Notes under the pieces: generated by a model
The model's database searches: none
Told to the model about the DNA's origin: nothing
The model's input: only the letters and a program-made list of their open reading frames with translations
Assembly: GCA_964035545.1 (NCBI GenBank)
Contig: OZ037765.1
Span: 15,138,698 to 15,202,697, forward strand
Reading direction: 5' to 3'
Length of the DNA stretch: 64,000 nucleotides
Source of the DNA: Bugula neritina
Taxonomy: Eukaryota; Animalia; Bryozoa
Program-made: the position numbers and the translations under genes
In this document: in pieces, positions 30,501 to 48,460 of the stretch
Layout: each line of letters opens with the position of its first letter
Numbering within the stretch: the stretch's first letter is position 1

Positions 30501-33500
30501 ATTGAAATACACTGCAAAACCTTGAAATATACTGCAACACACTGAATGATACGGCAACATACTGAAATATACTGCGACACATTGAAATATACTGCAACAT
30601 ACTGAAATATGCTGCAGCATACTGAAATATACTGAAACACACTGTAATATACTGCAACATACTGCAACATACTGACATACACTGGAACATACTGAAATAC
30701 ACTGCAACATACTACAACATACTGAAATACACTGTAACCTACTGAAATATGCTGTAACACACTGAAGTATACTGCAACATACTGAAATATAATGCAAGTA
30801 ACTACAACATACTGAAACACACTGTGACATACTGAGATACACTGCAACATACTGCAACATACTGCAACATACTGAAATACACTGTAACAGACTGAAATGT
30901 ACTGTAACACACTGAAATATACTGCAACATGCTGAAATACACTGTAACATACTGAAATATACTGCAACATACTGCAACATACTGAAATACACTGTAACAT
31001 ACTGAAATACACTGCAACATACTGCAACATACTGAAATACACTGGAACAAATTGAAACACACTACAACACATTGAAATATACTGCAACACACTGAAACAT
31101 ACAGCAACATACTGAAATATACTGCGACACATTGAAATATACTGCAACATAGTTAAATATAATGCAAGATACTGCAACATTCTGAAATACACTGTGACAT
31201 ACTGAAATACACTGCAACATACTGCAACATACTGCAACATACTGCAACATACTGCAACATACTGATATACACTGTAACATATTGAAATACACTGCAACAC
31301 ATTGAAATATACTGCAACACACTGAAACATACGGCAACATACTGAAATATACTGCAACACATTGAAATATACTGCAACATACTGAAATATGCTGTAGTAT
31401 ACTGAAACACACTGCAACACAGTGAAGTATACTGTAAAATACAGAAATACACTGTAACATACTGAAACATATGTCAACTTACTGAAATGTACTGCAACAT
31501 GCTGAAATATATTGCAACATACTGAAATACACTGTAACAAACCCAATTACACTGCAACAAACTGCAACATACTGAAATACGCTGTAACATATTGAAATAC
31601 GCTCCAACACATTGAACGAAACTGCAACATACCTAAATATACGACAATATACTGAAAGATACTGTACCACATTGAAAAACATTGCAACATACTGAAACAT
31701 GCTGTAGCACATTAAAATACACTGTAAGATACTGAAATACACTGCAACATGCTGAAATACACTGTAACCTACTGAAATACACTGCAACATACTACAACAT
31801 ACTGAAATACACTGTAACATTAAGAATTACACTGCAACACATTGAAAAATACTGCAACATACCGAAATATATGGCAAACTACTGAAATATACTTTAACAG
31901 ATTGAAAAAAAACTGCATCATACTGAAATATACTGTAACACACTGAAATATACTGCAAAACACTGAAATACACTGTAACATACTGAAATACACTGTAACA
32001 TACTGAAGTATACTGCAACACGCTGCAACATACTGAAATGCGCTGTAACATACTGAAATACACTGCAACATACTACAACATATTGAAATACACTGCAACA
32101 CATTGAAATATACTGCAACACACTGAAACATACGGCAACATATTGAAATATACTGCAACACATTGAAATATACCGCAACATATTGAAATATGCTGTAGCA
32201 CACTGAAATACACTGCAACTCACTATAATATAGTGTAATATACAGAAATGTACTGTAACATACTGAAATACACTGTAACATACACAAATATAATGCAACA
32301 TACTGAAGTACACTGCAACATACTGCAACATACTGAAATACACTGTAACATATTGAAATACACTGCAAAACCTTGAAATATACTGCAACACACTGAATGA
32401 TACGGCAACATACTGAAATATACTGCGACACATTGAAATATACTGCAACATACTGAAATATGCTGCAGCATACTGAAATATACTGAAACACACTGTAATA
32501 TACTGCAACATACTGCAACATACTGACATACACTGGAACATACTGAAATACACTGCAACATACTACAACATACTGAAATACACTGTAACCTACTGAAATA
32601 TGCCGTAGCACACTGAATTATACTGCAACATACTGAAATATCATGCAAGTTACTACAACATACTGAAATACACTGTGACATACTGAGATACACTGCAACA
32701 TACTGCAACATACTGTAACATACCGAAATACACTGTAACCTAATGAAATACACTGCAACATAATACAACATACTGAAATACACTGTAACATTATGAATTA
32801 CACTGCAACACATTGAAAAATACTGCAACATACCGAAATATATGGCAAACTACTGAAATATACTTTAACACTTTGAAAAAAACTGCATCATACTGAAATA
32901 TACTGTAACACACTGAAATATACTGCAAAACACTGAAATACACTGTAACATACTGAAAAACACTGTAACATACTGAAATATACTGCAACACACTGCAACA
33001 TACTGAAATGCGCTGTAACATACTGAAATACACTGCAACATACTACAACATATTGAAATACACTGCAACACATTGAAATATACTGCAACACACTGAAACA
33101 TCTGGCAACACATTGAAATATACTGCAACACATCGAAATATACCGCAACATACTGAAATATGCTGTAGCACACTGAAATACACCGCAACTCACTATAATA
33201 TAGTGTAATATACAGAAATGTACTGTAACATACTGAAATATACTGTAACATACTGAAATATACTGCAACATACTGAAGTACACTGTAACATATTGAAATA
33301 CATTACAACACATTGAAATATACTGCAACACACTGAAATATGCTGTAGCACACAGAAATACACTGCAACTCACTATAATATAGTGTAATATACAGAAATG
33401 TACTGTAACATACTGAGATACACTGCAACATACTGCAACATACTGCAACATACTGAAATACACTGTAACATATTGAAATAGACTGCAAAACCTTGAAATA

Positions 33501-35750
33501 TACTGCAACACACTGAAGGATATGGCAACATACTGAAATATACTGCGACACATTGAAATATACTGCAACATACTGAAATATGCTGTAGCATACTGAAATA
33601 TACTGTAACACACTGTAATATACTGCAACATACTGCAACATACTGACATACACTCGAACATACTGAAATGCACTGCAACCTACTGAAATATGCTGTAGCA
33701 CACTGAAATATACTGCAGCATACTGAAATATGCTGTAGCATAATGAAATATGCTGTAGCACACTGAAATATACTGCAACATACTGAAATATAATGCAAGT
33801 TACTACAACATACTGAAATACACTGTGACATACTGAAATACACTGCAACATACTGCAAGATACTGCAACATACTGAAATACACTGTAACATATTGAAATA
33901 CACTGCAAAACCTTGAAATATACTGCAACACACTGAAGGATACGGCAACATACTGAAATATACTGCGACACATTTAAATATACTGCAACATACTGGAATA
34001 TGCTGTAGCATACTGAAATATACTGTAACACACTGTAATATACTGCAACATACTGCAACATACCGACATATACTGGAACATACTGAAATACACTCCAACA
34101 TACTACAACATACTGAAATACACTGTAACCTACTGAAATATGATGTAACACACTGAAGTATACTGCAACATACTGAAATATAATGCAAGTAACTACAACA
34201 TACTGAAACACACTGTGACATACTGAGATACACTGCAACATACTGCAACATACTGCAACATACTGCAACATACTGAAATACACTGTAACAGACTGAAATG
34301 TACTGTAACACACTGAAATATACTGCAACATGCTGAAATACACTGTAACATACTGAAATATACTGCAACATACTGCAACATACTGAAATACACTGTAACA
34401 TACTGAAATACACTGCAACATACTGCAACATACTGAAATACACTGGAACAAATTGAAACACACTACAACACATTGAAATATACTGCAACACACTGAAACA
34501 TACAGCAACATACTGAAATATACTGCGACACATTGAAATATACTGCAACATAGTTAAATATGATGCAAGATACTGCAACATTCTGAAATACACTGTGACA
34601 TACTGAAATACACTGCAACATACTGCAACATACTGCAACATACTGCAACATACTGCAACATACTGAAATACACTGTAACATATTGAAATATACTGCAACA
34701 CACTGAAACATACGGCAACATACTGAAATATACTGCAACACATTGAAATATACTGCAACATACTGAAATATGCTGTAGTATACTGAAACACACTGCAACA
34801 CAGTGAAGTATACTGTAAAATACAGAAATATACTGTAACATACTGAAACATATGTCAACTTACTGAAATGTACTGCAACATGCTGAAATATATTGCAACA
34901 TACTGAAATACACTGTAACCTACTAAAATACACTGCAACATACTACAACATACTGAAATACACTGTAACATTATGAATTACACTGCAACACATTGAAAAA
35001 TACTGCAACATACCGAAATATATGGCAAACTACTGAAATATACTTTAACAGATTGAAAAAAACTGCATCATACTGAAATATACTGTAACACACTGAAATA
35101 TACTGCAAAACACTGAAATACACTGTAACATACTGAAATACACTGTAACATACTGAAGTATACTGCAACACACTGCAACATACTGAAATGCGCTGTAACA
35201 TACTGAAATACACTGCAACATACTACAACATATTGAAATACACTGCAACACATTGAAATATACTGCAACACACTGAAACATACGGCAACATATTGAAATA
35301 TACTGCAACACATTGAAATATACCGCAACATATTGAAATATGCTGTAGCACACTGAAATACACTGCAACTCACTATAATATAGTGTAATATACAGAAATG
35401 TACTGTAACATACTGAAATACACTGTAACATACACAAATATAATGCAACATACTGAAGTACACTGCAACATACTGCAACATACTGAAATACACTGTAACA
35501 TATTGAAATACACTGCAAAACCTTGAAATATACTGCAACACACTGAATGATACGGCAACATACTGAAATATACTGCGACACATTGAAATATACTGCAACA
35601 TACTGAAATATGCTGCAGCATACTGAAATATACTGAAACACACTGTAATATACTGCAACATACTGCAACATACTGACATACACTGGAACATACTGAAATA
35701 CACTGCAACATACTACAACATACTGAAATACACTGTAACCTACTGAAATA
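25060..35750. repeat. Near-identical tandem duplication with 5001-bp period (1850/1851 + 971 + 2180)
   Basis: M 26814>31815, 27785>32786 and 29965>34966. Identical 402-aa and 492-aa pseudo-ORFs at 28302/33303 and 28372/33373. Confidence 0.9.
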
Positions 35751-38700
35751 TGCCGTAGCACACTGAATTATACTGCAACATACTGAAATATCATGCAAGT
35801 TACTACAACATACTGAAATACACTGTGACATACTGAGATACACTGCAACATACTGCAACATACTGTAACATACCGAAATACACTGTAACCTAATGAAATA
35901 CACTGCAACATACTACAACATACTGAAATACACTGTAACATTTTGAATTACACTGCAACACATTGAAAAATACTGCAACATACCGAAATATATGGCAAAC
36001 TACTGAAATATACTTTAACACATTGAAAAAAAATGCATCATACTGAAATATACTGTAACACACTGAAATATACTGCAAAACACTGAAATACACTGTAACA
36101 TACTGAAATACACTGTAACATACTGAAATATACTGCAACACACTGCAACATACTGAAATGCGCTGTAACATACTGAAATACACTGCAACATACTGCAACA
36201 TACTGAAATACACTGCAACACATTGAAACATATTGCAGCATACTGAAATATACTGCAACATTGAAATATACCGCAACATACTGAAATATGCTGTAGCACA
36301 CTGAAATACACCGCAACTCACTATAATATAGTGTAATATACAGAAATGTACTGTAACATACTGAAATATACTGTAACATACTGAAATATACTGCAACATA
36401 CTGAAGTACACTGCAACATACTGCAACATACTGAAATACACTGTAACATATTGAAATACATTACAACACATTGAAATATACTGCAACACACTGAAATATG
36501 CTGTAGCACACAGAAATACACTGCAACTCACTATAATATAGTGTAATATACAGAAATGTACTGTAACATACTGAGATACACTGCAACATACTGCAACATA
36601 CTGAAATACACTGTAACATATTGAAATAGACTGCAAAACCTTGAAATATACTGCAACACACTGAAGGATACGGCAACATACTGAAATATACTGCGACACA
36701 TTGAAATATACTGGAACATACTGAAATATGCTGTAGCATACTGAAATATACTGTAACACACTGTAATATACTGCAACATACTGCAACATACTGACATACA
36801 CTGGAACATACTGAAATACACTGCAACATACTACAACATACTGAAATACACTGTAACCTACTGAAACATGCTGTAGCACACTGAAATATACTGCAGCATA
36901 CTGAAATATAATGCAAGTTACTACAACATACTGAAATACACTGTGACATACTGAGATACACTGCAACACCTTGAAATATACTGCAACACACTTAAAGATA
37001 CGGCAACATACTGAAATATACTGCGACACATTGAAATATACTGCAGCATACTGAAATATGCTGTAGCATACTGAAATATGCTGTAGCACACTGAAATATA
37101 CTGCAACATACTGAAATATAATGCAAGTTAGTACAACATACTGAAATACACTGTGACATACTGAAATACACTGCAACATACTGCAAGATACTGCAACATA
37201 CTGAAATACACTGTAACATATTGAAATACACTGCAAAACCTTGAAATATACTGCAACACACTGAAGGATACGGCAACATACTGAAATATATTGCGACACA
37301 TTTAAATATACTGCAACATACAGAAATCTGCTGTAGCATACTGAAATATACTGTAACACACTGTAATATACTGCAACATACTGCAACATACTGACATATA
37401 CTGGAACATACTGAAATACACTCCAACATACTACAACATACTGAAATACACTGTAACCTACTGAAATATGCTGTAGCACACTGAAGTATACTGCAACATA
37501 CTGAAATATAATGCAAGTAACTACAACATACTGAAATACACTGTGACATACTGAGATACACTGCAACACCTTGAAATATACTGCAACACACTGAAAGATA
37601 CGGCAACATACTGAAATATACTGCGACACATTGAAATATACTGCAGCATACTGAAATATGCTGTAGCATAATGAAATATGCTGTAGCACACTGAAATATA
37701 CTGCAACATACTGAAATATAATGCAAGTTACTACAACATACTGAAATACACTGTGACATACTGAAACACACTGCAACATACTGCAAGATACTGCAACATA
37801 CTGAAATGCACTGTAACATATTGAAATACACTGCAAAACCTTGAAATATACTGCAACACACTGAAGGATACGGCAACATACTGAAATATACTGCGACACA
37901 TTTAAATATACTGCAACATACTGGAATATGCTGTAGCATACTGAAATATACTGTAACACACTGTTATATACTGCAACATACTGCAACATACCGACATATA
38001 CTGGAACATACTGAAATACATTCCAACATACTACAACATACTGAAATACACTGTAACCTACTGAAATATGCTGTAACACACTGAAGTATACTGCAACATA
38101 CTGAAATATAATGCAAGTAACTACAACATACTGAAATACACTGTGACATACTGAGATACACTGCAACAGCTTGAAATATACTGCGACACATTGGGATTTA
38201 CTGCAACATAGTTAAATATAATGCAAGATACTGCAACATGCTGAAATACACTGTAACATACTGAAATACACTGCAACATACTACAACATACTGAAATACA
38301 CTGTAACATTATGAATTACACTGCAACACATTGAAAAATACTGCAACATACCGAAATATATGGCAAACTACTGAAATATACTTTAACACATTGAAAAAAA
38401 CTGCATCATACTGAAATATACTGTAAAACACTGAAATATACTGCAAAACACTGAAATACACTGTAACATACTGAAATACACTGTAACATACTGAAATATA
38501 CTGCAACACACTGCAACATACTGAAATGCGCTGTAACATACTGAAATACACTGCAACATACTACAACATATTGAAATACACTGCAACACATTGAAACATA
38601 CTGCAACACACTGAAACATCTGGCAACATATTGAAATATACTGCAACACATTGAAATATACCGCAACATACTGAAATATGCTGTAGCACACTAAAATACA

Positions 38701-41700
38701 CCGCAACTCACTATAATATAGTGTAATATACAGAAATGTACTGTAACATACTGAAATATACTGTAACATACTGAAATATACTGCAACATACTGAAGTACA
38801 CTGTAACATATTGAAATACATTACAACACATTGAAATATACTGCAACACACTGAAATATGCTGTAGCACACAGAAATACACTGCAACTCACTATAATATA
38901 GTGTAATATACAGAAATGTACTGTAACATACTGAGATACACTGCAACATACTGCAACATACTGCAACATACTGAAATACACTGTAACATATTGAAATAGA
39001 CTGCAAAACCTTGAAATATACTGCAACACACTGAAGGATATGGCAACATACTGAAATATACTGCGACACATTTAAATATACTGCAACATACTGGAATATG
39101 CTGTAGCATACTGAAATATACTGTAACACACTGTAATATACTGCAACATACTGCAACATACCGACATATACTGGAACATACTGAAATACACTCCAACATA
39201 CTACAACATACTGAAATACACTGTAACCTACTGAAATATGCTGTAACACACTGAAGTATACTGCAACATACTGAAATATAATGCAAGTAACTACAACATA
39301 CTGAAACACACTGTGACATACTGAGATACACTGCAACATACTGCAACATACTGCAACATACTGAAATACACTGTAACAGACTGAAATGTACTGTAACACA
39401 CTGAAATATACTGCAACATGCTGAAATACACTGTAACATACTGAAATATACTGCAACATACTGCAACATACTGAAATACACTGTAACATACTGAAATACA
39501 CTGCAACATACTGCAACATACTGAAATACACTGGAACAAATTGAAACACACTACAACACATTGAAATATACTGCAACACACTGAAACATACAGCAACATA
39601 CTGAAATACACTGCGACACATTGAAATATACTGCAACATAGTTAAATATAATGCAAGATACTGCAACATTCTGAAATACACTGTGACATACTGAAATACA
39701 CTGCAACATACTGCAACATACTGCAACATACTGCAACATACTGCAACATACTGATATACACTGTAACATATTGAAATACACTGCAACACATTGAAATATA
39801 CTGCAACACACTGAAACATACGGCAACATACTGAAATATACTGCAACACATTGAAATATACTGCAACATACTGAAATATGCTGTAGTATACTGAAACACA
39901 CTGCAACACAGTGAAGTATACTGTAAAATACAGAAATACACTGTAACATACTGAAACATATGTCAACTTACTGAAATGTACTGCAACATGCTGAAATATA
40001 TTGCAACATACTGAAATACACTGTAACAAACCCAATTACACTGCAACAAACTGCAACATACTGAAATACGCTGTAACATATTGAAATACGCTCCAACACA
40101 TTGAACGAAACTGCAACATACCTAAATATACGACAATATACTGAAAGATACTGTACCACATTGAAAAACATTGCAACATACTGAAACATGCTGTAGCACA
40201 TTAAAATACACTGTAAGATACTGAAATACACTGCAACATGCTGAAATACACTGTAACCTACTGAAATACACTGCAACATACTACAACATACTGAAATACA
40301 CTGTAACATTAAGAATTACACTGCAACACATTGAAAAATACTGCAACATACCGAAATATATGGCAAACTACTGAAATATACTTTAACAGATTGAAAAAAA
40401 ACTGCATCATACTGAAATATACTGTAACACACTGAAATATACTGCAAAACACTGAAATACACTGTAACATACTGAAATACACTGTAACATACTGAAGTAT
40501 ACTGCAACACGCTGCAACATACTGAAATGCGCTGTAACATACTGAAATACACTGCAACATACTACAACATATTGAAATACACTGCAACACATTGAAATAT
40601 ACTGCAACACACTGAAACATACGGCAACATATTGAAATATACTGCAACACATTGAAATATACCGCAACATATTGAAATATGCTGTAGCACACTGAAATAC
40701 ACTGCAACTCACTATAATATAGTGTAATATACAGAAATGTACTGTAACATACTGAAATACACTGTAACATACACAAATATAATGCAACATACTGAAGTAC
40801 ACTGCAACATACTGCAACATACTGAAATACACTGTAACATATTGAAATACACTGCAAAACCTTGAAATATACTGCAACACACTGAATGATACGGCAACAT
40901 ACTGAAATATACTGCGACACATTGAAATATACTGCAACATACTGAAATATGCTGCAGCATACTGAAATATACTGAAACACACTGTAATATACTGCAACAT
41001 ACTGCAACATACTGACATACACTGGAACATACTGAAATACACTGCAACATACTACAACATACTGAAATACACTGTAACCTACTGAAATATGCCGTAGCAC
41101 ACTGAATTATACTGCAACATACTGAAATATCATGCAAGTTACTACAACATACTGAAATACACTGTGACATACTGAGATACACTGCAACATACTGCAACAT
41201 ACTGTAACATACCGAAATACACTGTAACCTAATGAAATACACTGCAACATACTACAACATACTGAAATACACTGTAACATTTTGAATTACACTGCAACAC
41301 ATTGAAAAATACTGCAACATACCGAAATATATGGCAAACTACTGAAATATACTTTAACACATTGAAAAAAACTGCATCATACTGAAATATACTGTAACAC
41401 ACTGAAATATACTGCAAAACACTGAAATACACTGTAACATACTGAAATACACTGTAACATACTGAAATATACTGCAACACACTGCAACATACTGAAATGC
41501 GCTGTAACATACTGAAATACACTGCAACATACTGCAACATACTGAAATACACTGCAACACATTGAAACATATTGCAGCATACTGAAATATACTGCAACAT
41601 TGAAATATACCGCAACATACTGAAATATGCTGTAGCACACTGAAATACACCGCAACTCACTATAATATAGTGTAATATACAGAAATGTACTGTAACATAC

Positions 41701-44700
41701 TGAAATATACTGTAACATACTGAAATATACTGCAACATACTGAAGTACACTGCAACATACTGCAACATACTGAAATACACTGTAACATATTGAAATACAT
41801 TACAACACATTGAAATATACTGCAACACACTGAAATATGCTGTAGCACACAGAAATACACTGCAACTCACTATAATATAGTGTAATATACAGAAATGTAC
41901 TGTAACATACTGAGATACACTGCAACATACTGCAACATACTGAAATACACTGTAACATATTGAAATAGACTGCAAAACCTTGAAATATACTGCAACACAC
42001 TGAAGGATACGGCAACATACTGAAATATACTGCGACACATTGAAATATACTGCAACATACTGAAATATGCTGTAGCATACTGAAATATACTGTAACACAC
42101 TGTAATATACTGCAACATACTGCAACATACTGACATACACTGGAACATACTGAAATACACTGCAACATACTACAACATACTGAAATACACTGTAACCTAC
42201 TGAAACATGCTGTAGCACACTGAAATATACTGCAGCATACTGAAATATAATGCAAGTTACTACAACATACTGAAATACACTGTGACATACTGAGATACAC
42301 TGCAACACCTTGAAATATACTGCAACACACTTAAAGATACGGCAACATACTGAAATATACTGCGACACATTGAAATATACTGCAGCATACTGAAATATGC
42401 TGTAGCATACTGAAATATGCTGTAGCACACTGAAATATACTGCAACATACTGAAATATAATGCAAGTTAGTACAACATACTGAAATACACTGTGACATAC
42501 TGAAATACACTGCAACATACTGCAAGATACTGCAACATACTGAAATACACTGTAACATATTGAAATACACTGCAAAACCTTGAAATATACTGCAACACAC
42601 TGAAGGATACGGCAACATACTGAAATATATTGCGACACATTTAAATATGCTGCAACATACAGAAATATGCTGTAGCATACTGAAAAATACTGTAACACAC
42701 TGTAATATACTGCAACATACTGCAACATACTGACATATACTGGAACATACTGAAATACACTCCAACATACTACAACATACTGAAATACACTGTAACCTAC
42801 TGAAATATGCTGTAGCACACTGAAGTATACTGCAACATACTGAAATATAATGCAAGTAACTACAACATACTGAAATACACTGTGACATACTGAGATACAC
42901 TGCAAAACCTTGAAATATACTGCAACACACTGAAAGATACGGCAACATACTGAAATATACTGCGACACATTGAAATATACTGCAGCATACTGAAGTATGC
43001 TGTAGCATAATGAAATATGCTGTAGCACACTGAAATATACTGCAACATACTGAAATATAATGCAAGTTACTACAACATACTGAAATACACTGTGACATAC
43101 TGAAACACACTGCAACATACTGCAAGATACTGCAACATACTGAAATGCACTGTAACATATTGAAATACACTGCAAAACCTTGAAATATACTGCAACACAC
43201 TGAAGGATACGGCAACATACTGAAATATACTGCGACACATTTAAATATACTGCAACATACTGGAATATGCTGTAGCATACTGAAATATACTGTAACACAC
43301 TGTTATATACTGCAACATACTGCAACATACCGACATATACTGGAACATACTGAAATACATTCCAACATACTACAACATACTGAAATACACTGTAACCTAC
43401 TGAAATATGCTGTAACACACTGAAGTATACTGCAACATACTGAAATATAATGCAAGTAACTACAACATACTGAAATACACTGTGACATACTGAGATACAC
43501 TGCAACAGCTTGAAATATACTGCGACACATTGGGATTTACTGCAACATAGTTAAATATAATGCAAGATACTGCAACATGCTGAAATACACTGTAACATAC
43601 TGAAATACACTGCAACATACTACAACATACTGAAATACACTGTAACATTATGAATTACACTGCAACACATTGAAAAATACTGCAACATACCGAAATATAT
43701 GGCAAACTACTGAAATATACTTTAACACATTGAAAAAACTGCATCATACTGAAATATACTGTAAAACACTGAAATATACTGCAAAACACTGAAATACACT
43801 GTAACATACTGAAATACACTGTAACATACTGAAATATACTGCAACACACTGCAACATACTGAAATGCGCTGTAACATACTGAAATACACTGCAACATACT
43901 ACAACATATTGAAATACACTGCAACACATTGAAACATACTGCAACACACTGAAACATCTGGCAACATATTGAAATATACTGCAACACATTGAAATATACC
44001 GCAACATACTGAAATATGCTGTAGCACACTGAAATACACCGCAACTCACTATAATATAGTGTAATATACAGAAATGTACTGTAACATACTGAAATATACT
44101 GTAACATACTGAAATATACTGCAACATACTGAAGTACACTGTAACATATTGAAATACATTACAACACATTGAAATATACTGCAACACACTGAAATATGCT
44201 GTAGCACACAGAAATACACTGCAACTCACTATAATATAGTGTAATATACAGAAATGTACTGTAACATACTGAGATACACTGCAACATACTGCAACATACT
44301 GCAACATACTGAAATACACTGTAACATATTGAAATAGACTGCAAAACCTTGAAATATACTGCAACACACTGAAGGATATGGCAACATACTGAAATATACT
44401 GCGACACATTGAAATATACTGCAACATACTGAAATATGCTGTAGCATACTGAAATAGACTGTAACACACTGTAATATACTGCAACATACTGCAACATACT
44501 GACATACACTCGAACATACTGAAATACACTGCAACCTACTGAAGAATGCTGTAGCACACTGAAATATACTGCAGCATAGTGAAATATGCTGTAGCATAAT
44601 GAAATATGCTGTAGCACACTGAAATATACTGCAACATACTGAAATATAATGCAAGTTACTACAACATACTGAAATACACTGTGACATACTGAAATACACT

Positions 44701-47700
44701 GCAACATACTGCAAGATACTGCAACATACTGAAATACACTGTAACATATTGAAATACACTGCAAAACCTTGAAATTTACTGCAACACACTGAAGGATACG
44801 GCAACATACTGAAATATACTGCGACACATTTAAATATACTGCAACATACTGGAATATGCTGTAGCATACTGAAATATACTGTAACACACTGTAATATACT
44901 GCAACATACTGAAATATAATGCAAGTTACTACAACATACTGAAATACACTGTGACATACTGCAACATACTGCAACATACTGCAACATACTGCAACATACT
45001 GATATACACTGTAACATATTGAAATACACTGCAACACATTGAAATATACTGCAACACACTGAAACATACGGCAACATACTGAAATATACTGCAACACATT
45101 GAAATATACTGCAACATACTGAAATATGCTGTAGTATACTGAAACACACTGCAACACAGTGAAGTATACTGTAAAATACAGAAATACACTGTAACATACT
45201 GAAACATATGTCAACTTACTGAAATGTACTGCAACATGCTGAAATATATTGCAACATACTGAAATACACTGTAACAAACCCAATTACACTGCAACAAACT
45301 GCAACATACTGAAATACGCTGTAACATATTGAAATACGCTCCAACACATTGAACGAAACTGCAACATACCTAAATATACGACAATATACTGAAAGATACT
45401 GTACCACATTGAAAAACATTGCAACATACTGAAACATGCTGTAGCACATTAAAATACACTGTAAGATACTGAAATACACTGCAACATGCTGAAATACACT
45501 GTAACCTACTGAAATACACTGCAACATACTACAACATACTGAAATACACTGTAACATTAAGAATTACACTGCAACACATTGAAAAATACTGCAACATACC
45601 GAAATATATGGCAAACTACTGAAATATACTTTAACAGATTGAAAAAAAACTGCATCATACTGAAATATACTGTAACACACTGAAATATACTGCAAAACAC
45701 TGAAATACACTGTAACATACTGAAATACACTGTAACATACTGAAGTATACTGCAACACGCTGCAACATACTGAAATGCGCTGTAACATACTGAAATACAC
45801 TGCAACATACTACAACATATTGAAATACACTGCAACACATTGAAATATACTGCAACACACTGAAACATATGGCAACATATTGAAATATACTGCAACACAT
45901 TGAAATATACCGCAACATACTGAAATATGCTGTAGCACACTGAAATACACTGCAACTCACTATAATAAAGTGTAATATACAGAAATGTACTGTAACATAC
46001 TGAAATACACTGTAACATACAGAAATATACTGCAGCATACTGAAGTACACTGCAACATACTGCAACATACTGAAATACACTGTAACATATTGAAATACAC
46101 TGCAAAACCTTGAAATATACTGCAACACACTGAATGATACGGCAACATACTGAAATATACTGCGACACATTGAAATATACTGCAACATACTGAAATATGC
46201 TGCAGCATACTGAAATATAGTGAAACACACTGTAATATACTGCAACATACTGCAACATACTGACATACACTGGAACATACTGAAATACACTGCAACATAC
46301 TACAACATACTGAAATACACTGTAACCTACTGAAATATGCCGTAGCACACTGAATTATACTGCAACATACTGAAATATCATGCAAGTTACTACAACATAC
46401 TGAAATACACTGTGACATACTGAGATACACTGCAACATACTGCAACATACTGTAACATACCGAAATACACTGTAACCTAATGAAATACACTGCAACATAC
46501 TACAACATACTGAAATACACTGTAACATTTTGAATTACACTGCAACACATTGAAAAATACTGCAACATACCGAAGTATATGGCAAACTACTGAAATATAC
46601 TTTAACACATTGAAAAAAACTGCATCATACTGAAATATACTGTAACACACTGAAATATACTGCAAAACACTGAAATACACTGTAACATACTGAAATACAC
46701 TGTAACATACTGAAATATACTGCAACACACTGCAACATACTGAAATGCGCTCTAACATACTGAAATACACTGCAACATACTGCAACATACTGAAATACAC
46801 TGCAACACATTGAAACATATTGCAGCATACTGAAATATACTGCAACATTGAAATATACCGCAACATACTGAAATATGCTGTAGCACACTGAAATACACCG
46901 CAACTCACTATAATATAGTGTAATATACAGAAATGTACTGTAACATACTGAAATATACTGTAACATACTGAAATATACTGCAACATACTGAAGTACACTG
47001 CAACATACTGCAACATACTGAAATACACTGTAACATATTGAAATACATTACAACACATTGAAATATACTGCAACACACTGAAATATGCTGTAGCACACAG
47101 AAATACACTGCAACTCACTATAATATAGTGTAATATACAGAAATGTACTGTAACATACTGAGATACACTGCAACATACTGCAACATACTGAAATACACTG
47201 TAACATATTGAAATAGACTGCAAAACCTTGATATATACTGCAACACACTGAAGGATACGGCAACATACTGAAATATACTGCGACACATTGAAATATACTG
47301 CAACATACTGAAATATGCTGTAGCATACTGAAATATACTGTAACACACTGTAATATACTGCAACATACTGCAACATACTGACATACACTGGAACATACTG
47401 AAATACACTGCAACATACTACAACATACTGAAATACACTGTAACCTACTGAAACATGCTGTAGCACACTGAAATATACTGCAGCATACTGAAATATAATG
47501 CAAGTTACTACAACATACTGAAATACACTGTGACATACTGAGATACACTGCAACACCTTGAAATATACTGCAACACACTTAAAGATACGGCAACATACTG
47601 AAATATACTGCGACACATTGAAATATACTGCAGCATACTGAAATATGCTGTAGCATACTGAAATATGCTGTAGCACACTGAAATATACTGCAACATACTG

Positions 47701-48460
47701 AAATATAATGCAAGTTAGTACAACATACTGAAATACACTGTGACATACTGAAATACACTGCAACATACTGCAAGATACTGCAACATACTGAAATACACTG
47801 TAACATATTGAAATACACTGCAAAACCTTGAAATATACTGCAACACACTGAAGGATACGGCAACATACTGAAATATATTGCGACACATTTAAATATACTG
47901 CAACATACAGAAATATGCTGTAGCATACTGAAATATACTGTAACACACTGTAATATACTGCAACATACTGCAACATACTGACATATACTGGAACATACTG
48001 AAATACACTCCAACATACTACAACATACTGAAATACACTGTAACCTACTGAAATATGCTGTAGCACACTGAAGTATACTGCAACATACTGAAATATAATG
48101 CAAGTAACTACAACATACTGAAATACACTGTGACATACTGAGATACACTGCAACACCTTGAAATATACTGCAACACACTGAAAGATACGGCAACATACTG
48201 AAATATACTGCGACACATTGAAATATACTGCAGCATACTGAAGGATACGGCAACATACTGAAATATACTGCGACACATTTAAATATACTGCAACATACTG
48301 GAATATGCTGTAGCATACTGAAATATACTGTAACACACTGTTATATACTGCAACATACTGCAACATACCGACATATACTGGAACATACTGAAATACATTC
48401 CAACATACTACAACATACTGAAATACACTGTAACCTACTGAAATATGCTGTAACACACTG

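Noticed and set aside
43733-43738. A6 allele as a meaningful frameshift
   Set aside because: A singleton homopolymer contraction that cannot be distinguished from sequencing error without reads.
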